A stretch of DNA of 64,000 nucleotides from Pocillopora damicornis. Its lineage: Eukaryota. The DNA lies in NCBI RefSeq assembly GCF_003704095.1, contig NW_020847344.1:355696-419695 (forward strand). The letters run 5' to 3'. Below the pieces are notes generated by a model. That model was not told the origin of the DNA. It did not search any database and saw nothing but the letters and a program-made list of their open reading frames with translations. Of the stretch, positions 49,501-61,676 are shown in pieces. How positions within the stretch are numbered: the stretch's first letter is position 1; the number at the start of each line of letters is the position of its first letter. The position numbers were made by a program, and so were the translations under genes.

Positions 49501-52500
49501 CTGGGAAAAACTGACAGTGTTAGAGCTCTGGCACTTCTATTGGCATGAGGTTCGAAGTGGCTAGATGATCGTTTCCAGTAACCTGCCATTTCAAAAATGC
49601 TTTCAAGTGGATCCAAGAGACAAACTATGGATTGTGCTGTCTGTGTACCTGGGATGCTGTCTGTAAGTTCACTGTCCATGCGGCATTTGTCAGACAGACA
49701 GGAACCAAGAACACCACTGAAAGCTAATGAGAAAAAAATGCAATAACTTCAGAACTGTTCACAGTAGAAGGCAAGGTAGGAGAAGCAATTATTTAATTAA
49801 CTATCAGTTTCAAATGAAATGAAACCTAGTAATGAACAGATACAAGAACCTTTAGGACTGTCACTAATTTAATTGTGTGGTGCAGAGTTGCACATAATAT
49901 AGAAACTATTGCTACTTTTATTGAAGAGCTTTTAGGGCAATGTTTATGTGCACACAGAGAAGATCAGCAGATCTTAATCTTACCTGAATCCCAGCTTGAT
50001 GCAGAGGCCAGACAATGAAGATAGCAGCTTACAGCTTGAAGGGAACTAGTACCAGCTGGTGGCAAACAGCCTGTGAACAGAAAGGAAAAATAAAACAATT
50101 CTCCTCCTTTAAAATTTATATTTGGCTCACTACAGCCATGTGTGGAGCCATTTTATCATACATGAAACAACCAGTGAACATTATATTCAATAATCTGTAC
50201 AAACATTTCAAGAAATCATTCATGGAAAGGATAGAACAGGTTATGTCACCCAGAACTATACAAGGAAAAACTTTAATCTTCAACCAGCTAACACATTAGA
50301 CAAGCAGTGGACATGGTTCTACCAGGATCCACCTAGAAAAATAACTGCATTCATAATAAGCAAATTTTGCCTAGTTGCACTGTAAATCCAGCTGTTTAAC
50401 AACATCTCTTAGAATTGTGATTCAACCAAAAATGAATTAATTAACATTTTCAGCTCTACTGACAAAGCCAAAAGGCACTATGCAAATAACAAGCACAAAC
50501 AACAAAAATAAATAAATCTATTGCATCAAAATCAAGGGAAGATATAAAATAAAATCTAGATGAATTAAAAAATTAATTTATTATGATCATATTAAACATC
50601 AGGCCAAGCTTGCAGAAAAAGTACAAGCATGTAATTTTTCAGAAATGACTTCAAATGAATCATGCAACTTGATAAATAAAGCATTTCTTGATAAGGATGA
50701 ATCATCATATTTTTTGCGATGATATTGCAATGTAAATTAAAGGTCATTGTTCAATATAAATAAGGACCTATCCCCTGGACTATAAAAGGTAATAATTTAT
50801 TCTCATTTTGCATGAGGCAGAATTTCCTCAAATCAAACAAATTTCCATCATTACAGCTGGTGTATCCATTAACATCTTCTCACACAAAGACGATAAATAA
50901 AAAACTTCATGTTACTTTATATTAAAATTGTAACTTAATTTACATCTGCAACTTACATTCAAAAAAAGAAATTTAATTAATCCTGAGAGAAAAAAAGAGA
51001 AGTCTAATTTCTTTCCAGCTAACAATTACTATTTAAAAATCATTCACTTTTAAAATATTAGGTTTGCTAGTGAGTGCAGTGTGACGTCAGAAATGAGCTA
51101 TAAATTTTTGGCATTTTAAAACCGAAGTATTGACCAATTCATAGATGTAATTCATAGAGTTTGAAAAAAATAATAATCCATTTGTTGCAGACCAATCTTA
51201 ATTACAAAAAAATATGAGAGCAAAATCCTCACACTGATCAATTAAGGATTTGACCACAAATGTAAATTTTACAAAAGCAGTGATAGCTGATATGATAGAT
51301 ATCACTCAAGAACACCATATGCAGATACAACAAAATGTACATGATAGGATTTTCATTGGCATAAATGTAGGTTTTAACACAATGCTTAATTAATTACTAT
51401 TACATGAAGTTTTCAATGGCTTTAGACTCAGAGGGAAGGAAGTAACTAAAACTAAATTGATGTTTCCCCAAAGAAGGAAAAACAAAATATCTTGGGGGTC
51501 TTAAAAAAAGAGAAATTTATCCACTGTGAGGCCAAAATTATTTCCAAGTTAAGAAAAAAGTCATCTTTACACATCCATTCCTGTTTGAGAATATGAAAGA
51601 GGAGACTGATGGGTCTGTATACAAACAGTTTTCTGAGCTTTGATCTTTATTCAACAGCTGGAACAATTATGCAGAAAAAGGCAAGAAAAAGGTTTGGTAC
51701 ATTATAATGGCTTATAAGGCATTTTAACCATTTTCTACATTTATCACACATTTGGGTATAATTGCATACATTTCAAGCAAAAATTAATAATTTCTTCATT
51801 CAAGATAACTCAACAGTTTGTATTTTCATATTCTGGATAAACTGCTAGTAAAGGAAATGTTTTCCTCCTTGTTTTTTTTTCCCCTCTACTTTCTTATTCA
51901 AACCTTCCTTTACTTCTCAGATGTCCCCTGTACTCTTTCAAACTTACCTGACAGACGTAGTGACTCCATCATGCGAACAACAACCATCAAAAGAAAATCA
52001 GACCACAAGAACAATGGACCCAAGGCCACATTTTGCGTTAAGTTGCCTATAGATTCTTGATTTTCTGCCATCAGTGCCACCAGCTGCTCTCCAAAACTGG
52101 CCCAAAGCATGGTGCTATAATCATAATGTAACTGCTTTGTTGTTTCAGAGTCTAAGGGTGCGTTCCACTGAACACGCTTGTTGAGTCTGGGTGATCCTGG
52201 ACTTGAGCTGTGCCTGAGAATGCCATGACCCTCCTGATGATGCAGTAATGAACTTGTTGACCCTCCAGCCTCCTCAGCTGTTGATGTCCCCTGCAGATCA
52301 GCATCTTCACTCCTTGAACTTGAGGTCAGCTGCTCTAATGGCGGCAACTGAATCACATTTTTCCTCTCACCACTAACATGGCGGCTTAAGATAAGTGTTG
52401 TTGAGGTAGCAAGTTGTGATATTAAATTACTGAAAAATTTCTGCTCCTCTGAATCAAATGAAAGCAATGGAGAGTCTGGCTCGAGTTTCAGGAGTGGGAT

Positions 52501-53547
52501 TTGGTTGCGGCTTAACACTGACAACACTCCATTTTTGAGTGTACCTCCCTCAAGTCTTACATTCCCTCCAGTACATACCACCCCAAAGTCTTTCCATTCG
52601 AAGTTTGTAGCAAAGTCGTACTTTAACGTCCGAGTAACCTCCTGATGTTCGCTTACCAATTCATAAACGTGACCGGCCAAAATACGAGAACGTTCACAAG
52701 CAACGCCATTCAAAAGTTTGTTCAGTGACAATAAACAAACACTAGAAACAGCTGTAGTTGAAACTGCAGTTTCTCGACCCTTCGACTGCACAAAATTTCT
52801 AATCTCGCTCACACTTAAAAGTTCTCTTTCATCGCTCTGAAAATTTCTAGTGTACTCAAAAAGGCGATTGAAATCTTCAATTCCCTGGCAAACAGCACTT
52901 AAACCTTGCTGACTCAACCACCATTTGCATTTTTCGGCAAGGCGCAACACGCACGATAAAATAATTGAAATGAGCGATATACTCGTATCTGCTAATTGCG
53001 AGAGCGCTTTATTCACCACTTCCAAGTCCTCCAGCATGTCTGGCACACATTTGCGAAGCCATGGATCGGAAAAGATAAGTTTTCTTATCGCCAGTCGGTA
53101 CATACATTGTGTTTTTGCTGCATGGCAAATGTCGTGAAATCTTTCAACTTTGAATGGGAACTCGCTTGGAATTGGCATTTCACCATCTAAATAGGCCATA
53201 TACTTTTCCACTGTTTCTTCTAGCTCTTGTACAAACTTAGCGGAAGATTCAAGGCGTACCAGGCACTCTCTCGCCAAAACAATCTTTGAGCGATCAAGAA
53301 ATTTCTGGCCGATATCGGTGAAAATCTCGCACAAAGGAACACCTTGCTCAAAATGCCCAAAGCTGCCGGGAACATGTTGAGGTTTCAAGCACGAATTTCT
53401 GGTTAAACTTACACTTTTGAACGCTTTTTTGAGAGTCCAAATGTTCTTTTTTATGTCCGTTGGGGCAATTTGAGTAACAGAGAGTCTTTGGAAAGAGTTG
53501 TTGATGCCATCGTTGCTAGCGGCTGCCGAAGACGAGCTGAAATTCAT
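46591..53547 (-). CDS. Large conserved-looking protein of unknown function (~968 aa); proposed CDS complement(join(46591..47041,47436..47613,48827..48941,49248..49723,49984..50070,51948..53547))
   Basis: The ATG at 53547 is the first start after an in-frame TGA two codons upstream. A 1600-nt first coding exon (MNFSSSSAAASNDGINNSFQRLSVTQ…MVVVRMMESLRLS) ends at the classic donor tcag|gtaagt. Downstream open exon frames chain with consistent phases. They are (GCLPPAGTSSLQAVSCYLHCLASASSWDS; phase 1/1, optional or cassette, least certain), (…CLSDKCRMDSELTDSIPGTQTAQSIVCLLDPLESIFEMAGYWKRSSSHFEPH…LLQEQRSNLE, donor gag|gtcagt), (GLLKKSWVLFSRDLTKISTEFFQEAMPVGKSWKKSRHS, donor g|gtaaaa), (GIPHQRSQYVEHAVFQILEPVVESSMGLSFESRLNVLTLVVNTMMESWSDFILKEEIVF, donor ag|gtaaga) and the terminal exon RGSQQVKNLFSFSNQFHSFYGAQQLSLDFGYIKVWIASD…KGLLPFCLKVQEMK*. 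The total is 2907 nt. I could not recognise the protein family. Confidence 0.5.
48095..48594. mobile_element. Non-autonomous Tc1/mariner-type MITE (~500 bp) with ~26-bp terminal inverted repeats and TA target-site duplication, inside an intron of the 46.6-53.5 kb gene
   Basis: The left end is TA|CAGTCAAACCTCGATTATCCGGAC (48095…). The right end is GTCCGGATAATCAAGGTTCGACTG|TA (…48594), whose reverse complement is CAGTCGAACCTTGATTATCCGGAC. There are 24/26 matches and the element starts CAGT, as Tc1 TIRs do. It contains internal ATTATCCGGAC sub-repeats and has no transposase ORF. Confidence 0.6.
48651..48682. repeat. poly(A) tract (~24 A) in an intron, ~60 bp after the MITE
   Basis: ggcaaaaaaaaaaaaaaaaaaaaagaataac. 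Confidence 0.8.
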
Positions 53548-56497
53548 AGCCCTTCAAAAAGAACTAGGCTGCCCTGCTTTCTTCCTTCAGCGGCACAACA
53601 GATTGGCAGAAAAAGCATAATCTTGGTAGTAGGACGTCTAACACAGGACTGGTTCGACAATAAAGATCTACATGGTAATAAAAAAGTTTATCTGTTTAGC
53701 GTTCAGTCAGTGCCTGATCTACCATCTTTGTTGATAATAACAAACTTCATGCCCAGTTCATCCGCGCGCTAATCCACCGGAAATAGAAAATTCCTAATTC
53801 CAAAGAAAAATTTCAGAAACCATTTTCTACCTCCAATTCTCCGCCGAAATAACCTGTCATAAGGCTAGACTTTTTGACGAAGACGATGGAAGTCAATACA
53901 GAATTAAAAAGCTAAAAATGCAAATTGAAACCAAGCCGGGGGGAATAAAAGAAGCCATAATTAGCAATGAACGCCCTTAAAATAAAGGAAAGGTTTTCTT
54001 TCGTTCAACTTACATTTTAATGAGTTGTTTTCTGGTGATTCTGGGAGGGAGAGATCTTGCTTACTATCTCGGCCAAGGAAGCTTGAATAATCTTTGAATT
54101 CGCTATCGTTTAAAAAAAAAAGAATATTATACACGAAAAAACAAAGCGTCTAAAATTTGCCAACAAAGAGCAGCAACTACTTGTACAACATCGGCACGAT
54201 TTTTAAATGTCTTTCAAAAACTTCACCCTAAGATATGAATTAGTGGTCAATATAGAAAAGAAATTAATTGTGGTTAATAACCTCGAGCTCTATAATATGC
54301 CATTAACTACGCTTTTTCAAATTGAAAAGACTCGCGTCGATTGATCCCTTCCATTAAAACAGGTGTACGCGGATAAGCAAGGCGAGAGTTTGAATTCAGC
54401 AAGATGATGTGAGACACACCGATTTCTTTTACATTAACAGATTAAAATTGAATTCGATTGGAGCGGGAAAAAGTGAAGAGGTGGTCTCTAGGTGATGAAT
54501 CGATGCCAGTCCAATACAATGACCGGATGGATATTTCAAGAGCACGATGCTAAAAATAGACCTCAATAACCACCTGGTGACCATCCGTGCATAAAACACT
54601 TCAAAAACCCATATTTCATTTCTTTTCCTTTAATTTTCCCTTCGTTTCAAAGCGTAAAAAGCTGACCTACGCTCAGTCATAGAAAAAAAAGCTTCACTGA
54701 TTCAATGAAGCAACAATACACTAATATCGATTAGTTTATTTTCTAGTGTCACCCAGTTTTAGCGCTCTTTAACAATTCACGTGAAGACCATGTTTCCATT
54801 TGCAGTACATCCAGTTCTAAGATATATTGCATAACACTTTGCTGAATATTTCTGTGTTCAAAGAATAGCTCAAAGCAGAATTTGTTTTACCGTTCTATTT
54901 TGGTATGGACTTTGAACTAAGTCTGTATTGAGTTTCATCTCTGGGCCCGAATAGAATTATTTCTTTTTTTACTATCGATTGCAGATTTCTTTGAACCAAA
55001 AATTCAAATAAATTATCGACAGCTCGCAAAAATTGAAATGACTGGAACAAATTTCCAACGTATCTTAGGAGGAAAAAAAGCGAAGTACTCTTGACACCAG
55101 TAACACGAAATGAAACACTTAACAGCAAATTTGACATGAAAGTTATTACGAAGATCCAAGGAAAACGTCAAAATGGCAGAACCAGAGTTATGTGTATGAA
55201 CAACTGGACAATATATTATAAGTCGTTCCATTCTACTTTATTCATCATTGTATTTCCAACTCGGATCTATAATGCATCCATCTTCCCAATTATAGCAACG
55301 TGCCGCTTAAGACTGGTTTCAAATCATTCTGCTAATTAACATAATAAAGATTTTAACATGTACACAGCTGAACCTCACAAAAGTTATAGGGTAGAAGGTA
55401 AACAATTTTTTTTTTCGCCAGGTTTACCGTACGAGACTACACCGCAACTGCCATAGTATTGACAGTGACTGAGATAAAAATAGTGACCTCTTTTGGCTTT
55501 GACTCCCTGAGGTGAACAACTCCAAAGAGATTCGTTTACTAGTACAATTTTTTGTGCCGCGAACCAGAGAAAGGTTGCTCCATATTGGATGGAATGTCAA
55601 ATTTTAATTTTTTTTCAGGAATTCTTTTCACACTCAAATCATGTAGCTTTGCAAGTCTTATGGATGTATCTACCTATTTATACCAGTGAGAAAAGGTCGC
55701 TAAAACCCCAAATGTTCGGTGTGTTGAATAATTAGATTTAGAAAAAAAAAACATGAAACTAACGCTGCTGACATAGCACTACTGAATGGGTTGTCAAAGC
55801 GTTTGTGGTTCAGATGATCCATTAAGTATGAAGGATGAAAGGAACTGAAACAGATAACAGATTACTATTGTTTGTGTCCAAAAATTAGTAGGCTGGACTG
55901 CTTAAATTGCAATGCCAACATAACTAACTGCATCAAAACTACTCTGAGTGTTGTGAAACAATTGTTGTCATATAACAAAGTAACTAAATACAGTGAATAG
56001 CTTGACAGTAACCAGTGGCTAGTGGAAAGGGAGAGGGACACTGGTTCATAATGCTTTGGTATAGAGCTGTCAGTAAATCTTTCTGTTATAACAAACCAGT
56101 AAAAAGAGCACTTCTTTCATACAACAATGTAAAGGATACAGACTAAAGCTTATGGAAACGTATAAATAAACATCTTTAGCAAATAAATGTTACTGTTTTG
56201 AGTTGTGTCATACAAAAGGTTTCCCACAGCAAAAACAGCACATAAAGATTGAAATACCAATATATACAGTGAAATTTATTTGAATCATTGCTGTTGCTTT
56301 AAGTCCATGAATAATAAATTTAATCTTATCCATCCTCTTCATTTGGTAGGAGTTCCCAAATTCATTTTTTTTTTCCAGATGTCACAATTTTGTTTTCAAA
56401 TAAATGGAAAACCTTGATTTTCATACCAAGACTTTTCCTTGGAAAAATTAAAAAGGTCTAAAGTATTGTCTTTAAATAAGGCTAGAGCTCCACTGCA

Positions 56498-56700
56498 ATT
56501 AATCCTTTCAACCCTAAGAATGACTAGCACCTAATTTCTCCATACAATATCACCCATGAGTCACACATTAGGGTCACAAGAATGAGGGAAATGATCATTA
56601 ACTAAAGAAGCTTTAAGCTGTTGAACCAATTCTCCCTGTCAGCACTATAGGACATGTATACAGAACAGTATGGAGAATATACACACAGATATTGGGGTTT
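56498..56700 (+). repeat. Second full copy of the TTTCTCC(A/T)TACAATATCA interspersed repeat family
   Basis: It is collinear with 34318-34540: caaccctaagaatgactagcacctaatttctccatacaatatcaccc…cagaacagtatggagaatatacacacagatattgg. Confidence 0.55.
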
Positions 56701-57036
56701 AAAGAGTTAAGATAGTAAATTCTTTAACTACAACCAATTGCCACAATTTAAACAAAAACTAATCAAGAAAAGATGACACAGATAAGATATTGACACAAAC
56801 AAATGATTTGACTTGACTTTTCCTTTTCTACGGGTAACATTTTATTTTCATCTTTTTTTTCCTTAGTTTTCTGCTGAACTTATGTCATATATGACAGGAT
56901 ACAGTGTTCTAATCATTATAAACATTGACAGCACAGACTGTGTTGAAAGTTTGCCAGCATCTCTCACATAATGATATCCTAGCCTTAGCAATGACTGGTG
57001 TTTGTTACAGAATAAAAAATCCCACTCTGTTAGCAG

Positions 57037-57917
57037 TCAACATCTGATAGCTGTGCCAACAGACATGAATACTCCAAATGTTCCTCCTCCTTGAAGCATG
57101 ATCTTGCCAACACTACTGACTAACTCTCTTCCTCTTAGTCCATATCTGGCGGGGAAAGAATAAGTGTCAAGTTTTCTAGCTTTCTGCAGTGTTTCTTTCA
57201 CTTTTCTAGCAATCAATCTAAAGAGTGATACTCTGAGTAGGACCTCTGCTTATAAACATGATCATCTGGACAATTTCAGTTACTAAAATCTTGCTTCACA
57301 ATAATCTCCTTTGTCATAAAAGTAATATAAAAATGCTACAATGCAATTGAGCCTGCCCACTGATGTCAAAGTTTTGTTTACTGCCTAACCAGGTTGTGAC
57401 CAAAGACAAAATAACTAACATTTGTACAACCCCACAAACCCTCCCCCTCCTTCTATTTTATTGACGTCAAAATGACACATCAAATGACACATTTCGGTAT
57501 TCACATATCTTCATCATTACTTTGGGAGGGGTATGGTGGTTAGCCGTTTCTTTTGATTCTATCCAGGATCTTAGGAAATTTATACATAAAACATTTCCAT
57601 ATAAACACTTTATCTGGAGTGTAACTGTGATGAACTTGCATCGAAAGACATCTTTTTCATCTCAGTAACCGGGCTGCGATTTCCATATGAACAGATGAAA
57701 ATTAAGTACAAGTAAAATAGAGTGAAAGAATTCCTCTAAATCTAGGTTTAGGTACTTATAACGCTACAGGTCCAAAAGTTGTAGTAGTAATATTAGCATC
57801 TTACTTGAACGCAGAATAGGTTCCAAAGAGCGCAGCAGAGCTCATTCCAATAGCAAATCCGATCATGAAGCCAACTTTAACCCGGTCAAAACAGCTTGGC
57901 TGAGGTGCTCTTTGCAT
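57037..57917 (-). CDS. ROMO1: Reactive oxygen species modulator 1 (small mitochondrial membrane protein); CDS complement(join(57037..57145,57805..57917)), 73 aa
   Basis: Exon 1 is [37 protein letters not shown], with donor aa|gtaaga. Exon 2 is [36 protein letters not shown]. This matches human ROMO1 (…[70 protein letters not shown]) nearly residue for residue. The intron phase is 2 and the acceptor is ccag|. Confidence 0.85.
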
Positions 57918-58214
57918 ACTTATCCTCTTCTTTATTTCCTAAGAGTTGCTAGTGTAAACTTGAAAGATACAGAATGAGAACAGCAAAAACAGCCCCACAT
58001 GCGAGGAGAGATGACTGCCCGTTAGTTCGTCAGAAGATTGGACATGAGCTTTCGCTAGCTCGTAAGAAAGAAACCGCTGGGCATTCCATCGCGTTCGCTT
58101 TGTTCCCATTCCTTCTCGTTTTCGGCGATGATGTTTCGCTTTTCACGAGAGCTTCCGGGATTTGTGTATTTAGGAAGGCTTTTATCTTTAACTTCGCTTA
58201 GATTTTACAGGAAA
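57918..58214. promoter_or_regulatory. Putative bidirectional promoter shared by ROMO1 (minus) and DUSP11 (plus)
   Basis: The start codons at 57917 (minus) and 58215 (plus) are ~297 bp apart. The region contains an ETS-like GCTTCCGGG, an E2F-like TTTTCGGCGAT and the GC-rich block cattccatcgcgttcgc. Confidence 0.5.
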
Positions 58215-61200
58215 ATGAATACAGAGGTAGTTATTGACAAAAGGATACCTGATAAGTGAGTATATATTTTTATTACCTCTTTATATCAAAAGGAACTTTG
58301 ACCAAGTTGGTTTGTGTGGTGTTCTTCATGAGTCTTCAATCTTCCATTATAGATTGATTAAGTGTCTCCACACTTAATCACCCCTGAATCAAACATAAAG
58401 TCACGAGAGTAAATGAAATGATCACCAACTGTAGCAGCTGTTGACTGTTGATTAAATTTCCATGTCAGTACCTTAAAAAATGTGTCGAGAACAGCGTGGA
58501 GAAGATGCATACTGACGTTATGGTGTAAAAGGCTTAAAGAACGTCATCAGTCATTATCATCATAAAATGGAATGGTGTTATGCCTTTCTAAAAGACATGA
58601 CTATTATAAAAGATACCATAAAAACCATCTGGATATGAGAAGGAACTACTTTTTCAGTGAACTGTATCACGATTTAAGTAAGCTGGACCTGCATGCTACA
58701 AAATTGATAACTATCCACCTATGTAGAGAAAGATGTTTTTTTCGTCTTGTCACGAGCACGCTATCCTCCTATTTCTTGGATTAGTGGCATACTTCAAAGG
58801 GCTGAGACTCAAAAAGGCATCTTCAGAAACTTTTGACGGTGGCCAATTTAATTTGACGGTTGCCAATTCATTTGACAAAACTAAACTATCTTGTAGTGCC
58901 CCCCCCCCCACCAATGCAGCACCTCTTTTTCTTCATAATCTTACCCCCTTCTGACAAACCAAGTGGTCAAAAATGAACATATTTTTGTTCACATATAATG
59001 TTAAAAGACAGGTTTGTTTGATGTATTTTAAAAAAACCTTTTAAAACCCCTTGAATTTGTTAGGAAATGTTAAGATTGTTTGTCAGCAATGATCAGCAAT
59101 GATCAGCAATGACTTTGATTTATTTTATAACAGGTGGAGAGACTATAAACCATGTGGGGTACCCATACCAGGAGAGAGAATTATTGCATTTAAGACACCT
59201 TTGTCACATGTAAGGTGAAATAACAACATGTTAGTGATTTCTGAAATGAAGTATTGCTCATGTTGTCAAGATATCAGTACTGAAAACAATCACCAACTGC
59301 TGTCTTTTTTAGCACTACCCTACATCTTAGAACTGACAAGGCTTTGAATTTACTTCGAAATACTATCTTGTTGCAGCGATATGACAATGAAAGTGATCAA
59401 GACAATGGAATCAAACCGCATGAAAGGTAGGTACAGTGTTATTTACTAGACATGTGGATGCTAATTTTTTAAAATTTCTGTTCACATTTTTTCATCACAC
59501 ACTTTAAAAACTGCGCTTTCAATATCTTTCATCAGTTTTTAATCTTTTTTAAGGTTTACACCGATGGATCTGCTGAATTGCCTCAACCGAAAGCATATAA
59601 AACTTGGAATGGTTGTGGACTTCACTAACACTTACAGATATTATAATTACAGGGTATGTAGATCAAAGAATAATGTTAGCTTCTTTTTTTCATACATATT
59701 TTTCATACATTTAATACAGCAACTCTGTGGGAGGAAAAATAAGTTAAAGGTTATTGCAATGGTGTTCACATTGAAAGATCTTGAAAATTAGACAAGCTTT
59801 GTTGTTAGGCATCATGATTTCTACCAAAACAGTAATAGATTTATTGATCATATATTGTTAAAGGAGCTCTCTGACCATGGCATACTTCATTGCAAGATCA
59901 AATGTGTTGGAAAAGAAATTCCAGATGAAAATGTGGTAACAAGGTAAGGAATAATTTGATTAATGGAATTGGGATCTGGATAACTGTTCTTGGTACATTT
60001 AAAAAGCAATGTTACATTCTTCCAAAGGTTTAAGACTGAGGTCTGCAGCTTTCTGGATAAGAGGAGTAACCCAGGTGAGAAACATAATGGCGCAAACGGT
60101 TTACTCCTTTAGTCTGTTGAATCCCATATGATATGTTACCATCTTTAATTTTTCTCCAGATGCTGTTGTTGGGGTCCACTGTACTCATGGTCTAAACAGA
60201 AGTGGTTATGTAGTTTGTAGGTGAGAAGAAGTGACATACAATAGTACAAAAAGTGATTTCATTATGTGATTGGGAAATTCTATTTCAACGAAGAACAACA
60301 TTTGAGTTTCAACTGATGTAATGAATCCACTTGTTCATTTTAGATATCTTATTGAATGCAGAGGATACACCCCTGAAGAGGCTATCAAAGGTACAATAAG
60401 CTGTGAGGTCAAAGACAAAATCTTTTCAGATAACGCTACAATGAGTGTTACACAAGTTGAATAATCAGAGATTGATTCTCTTTTGGGTGACTTTGCTTTG
60501 TGATTGGTCCTGAAAACTCCCGCTACTCTCTCAACCAATCAAATTCAAAGCTAACACTACTACGACTTGGTCGCCCTCGTTTTCCCGCACAGTCGCCTTG
60601 TTTTACTTTGAGTTCTCATTGGCTCTCAAAGGTATTTTTCTTTCTTCTGATTGGCTGTTGTGGTTACTCCAGTTTTGGTTTTACGATATTCAATCGAAAA
60701 GCGCTCTACTGAGTAAACCTCTCATTTACCTAAAAGGAAAATAGCTATTTTCGCCGTCATCTCTTCTTTGACCAGATTGTTTCTGAAAGTAATCTGCTAA
60801 CTTTCTTTTTATTTCCAACCTGTTGAGACCTACTGTTGTGATGAATGAATTTAGAATAACACTTAGAAACTTTTTTTGTTCTTAATTACTTTTCCAGCAT
60901 TTAATAAAGCTCGAGGACATGATATGGAGCGTGAGAATTACCTGGAGGATCTTCATAAAAAAATCCCCGAATTGTGAGTAAACTATTCAATTTCTTTTTA
61001 CACGATTTTGTTACGCTAAGATAAATGCACGTCACAAAGTAATGTATGGCAAGCCACTTCCTGCATACCATTTAAATTTGTATGAAAATTTGTCACTTTT
61101 AATAGCGATTTCACGTCTTTCGTTCGTGTTGGGGATAACCGGAAACAGGACGAAATTCAATTTGACAGACCAAGACATCTCCATACCAACTCAAGATATG

Positions 61201-61676
61201 CCTCAAGGAACGACGCATTTGAAGAGAACAAAACAAACTCGAGATCTTCTAACTACATCAGGGGAAGTACAAGTGGTTACAACGACTTCAGATCGCGTTA
61301 TCAACAAGTCGATCGTTATCAACCTACAGGCACCCCAACCCAACGTAGACATTACACGGAAAGGAGGTTTAGAAGTGAACGACACAGGGAAGATAATCAT
61401 GATACTTATTCTCGCTACGATGATTCTGATAGAATTTATTATAATCCTGAACGTGACCATCGTAATCATCCCGAAAGGAATTATAATGATCACGGTGATG
61501 GTTATTTTTATTCTGATAATTACTGTGAATATGGTAGGGAATATGAAACATATGCAAGCTCCAGTCGACCTAGAAGAAGTCGAGAGGACTCTTACAGGCG
61601 CGATCACGTAAAGAGAACTTCCTTAGTTAGGGATCGACCGAAGCCCTACACTCAGCGCAGAAAAGAACGTTCTTAA
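58215..61676 (+). CDS. DUSP11: RNA/RNP complex-1-interacting dual-specificity phosphatase (DUSP11/PIR1-like); CDS join(58215..58255,59134..59209,59377..59426,59554..59653,59864..59943,60028..60074,60160..60220,60344..60390,60898..60973,61106..61676), 382 aa
   Basis: Translation across GT-AG introns gives MNTEVVIDKRIPDK/WRDYKPCGVPIPGERIIAFKTPLSH/RYDNESDQDNGIKPHE/RFTPMDLLNCLNRKHIKLGMVVDFTNTYRYYNYR/ELSDHGILHCKIKCVGKEIPDENVVT/RFKTEVCSFLDKRSNP/DAVVGVHCTHGLNRSGYVVC/RYLIECRGYTPEEAIK/AFNKARGHDMERENYLEDLHKKIPE/F…. This matches human DUSP11 blocks (IPERWKDY…GTRFIAFKVPL; SPLDLFNKI…LGLIIDLTYTQRYYK; KIFTVGHQVPDDETIFKF; LIGVHCTHGLNRTGYLICRYLIDVEGVRPDDAIELFNRCRGHCLERQNYIEDLQ). The PTP active site is VHCTHGLNRSG. 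The terminal 571-nt exon encodes an R/D/Y/S/E-rich low-complexity tail (…ERRFRSERHREDNHDTYSRYDDSDRIYYNPERDHRNHPER…RPRRSREDSYRRDHVKRTSLVRDRPKPYTQRRKERS*). The phases are consistent and the total is 1149 nt. Confidence 0.8.
60488..60690. repeat. E2F/CCAAT-motif-bearing dispersed element, copy in a DUSP11 intron
   Basis: It contains TGTGATTGGTCC, CAACCAATCAAA, GTTTTCCCGCAC, CTCATTGGCTCT and TCTGATTGGCTGT. Confidence 0.5.

Noticed and set aside
50015-50299. 94-aa plus-strand ORF overlapping the proposed 87-nt exon 2 of the large minus-strand gene
   Set aside because: There is no homology. The minus-strand reading has proper acceptor and donor sites (cacag| … |gtaaga) and fits phase 1/1. That exon itself is only tentative.
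61042-61611. 189-aa plus-strand ORF and overlapping 134-aa minus-strand ORF at 61203-61607
   Set aside because: Both are alternative-frame or antisense artefacts of the low-complexity terminal exon of DUSP11. The DUSP11 frame is the one that splices in phase to the upstream phosphatase-domain exons.
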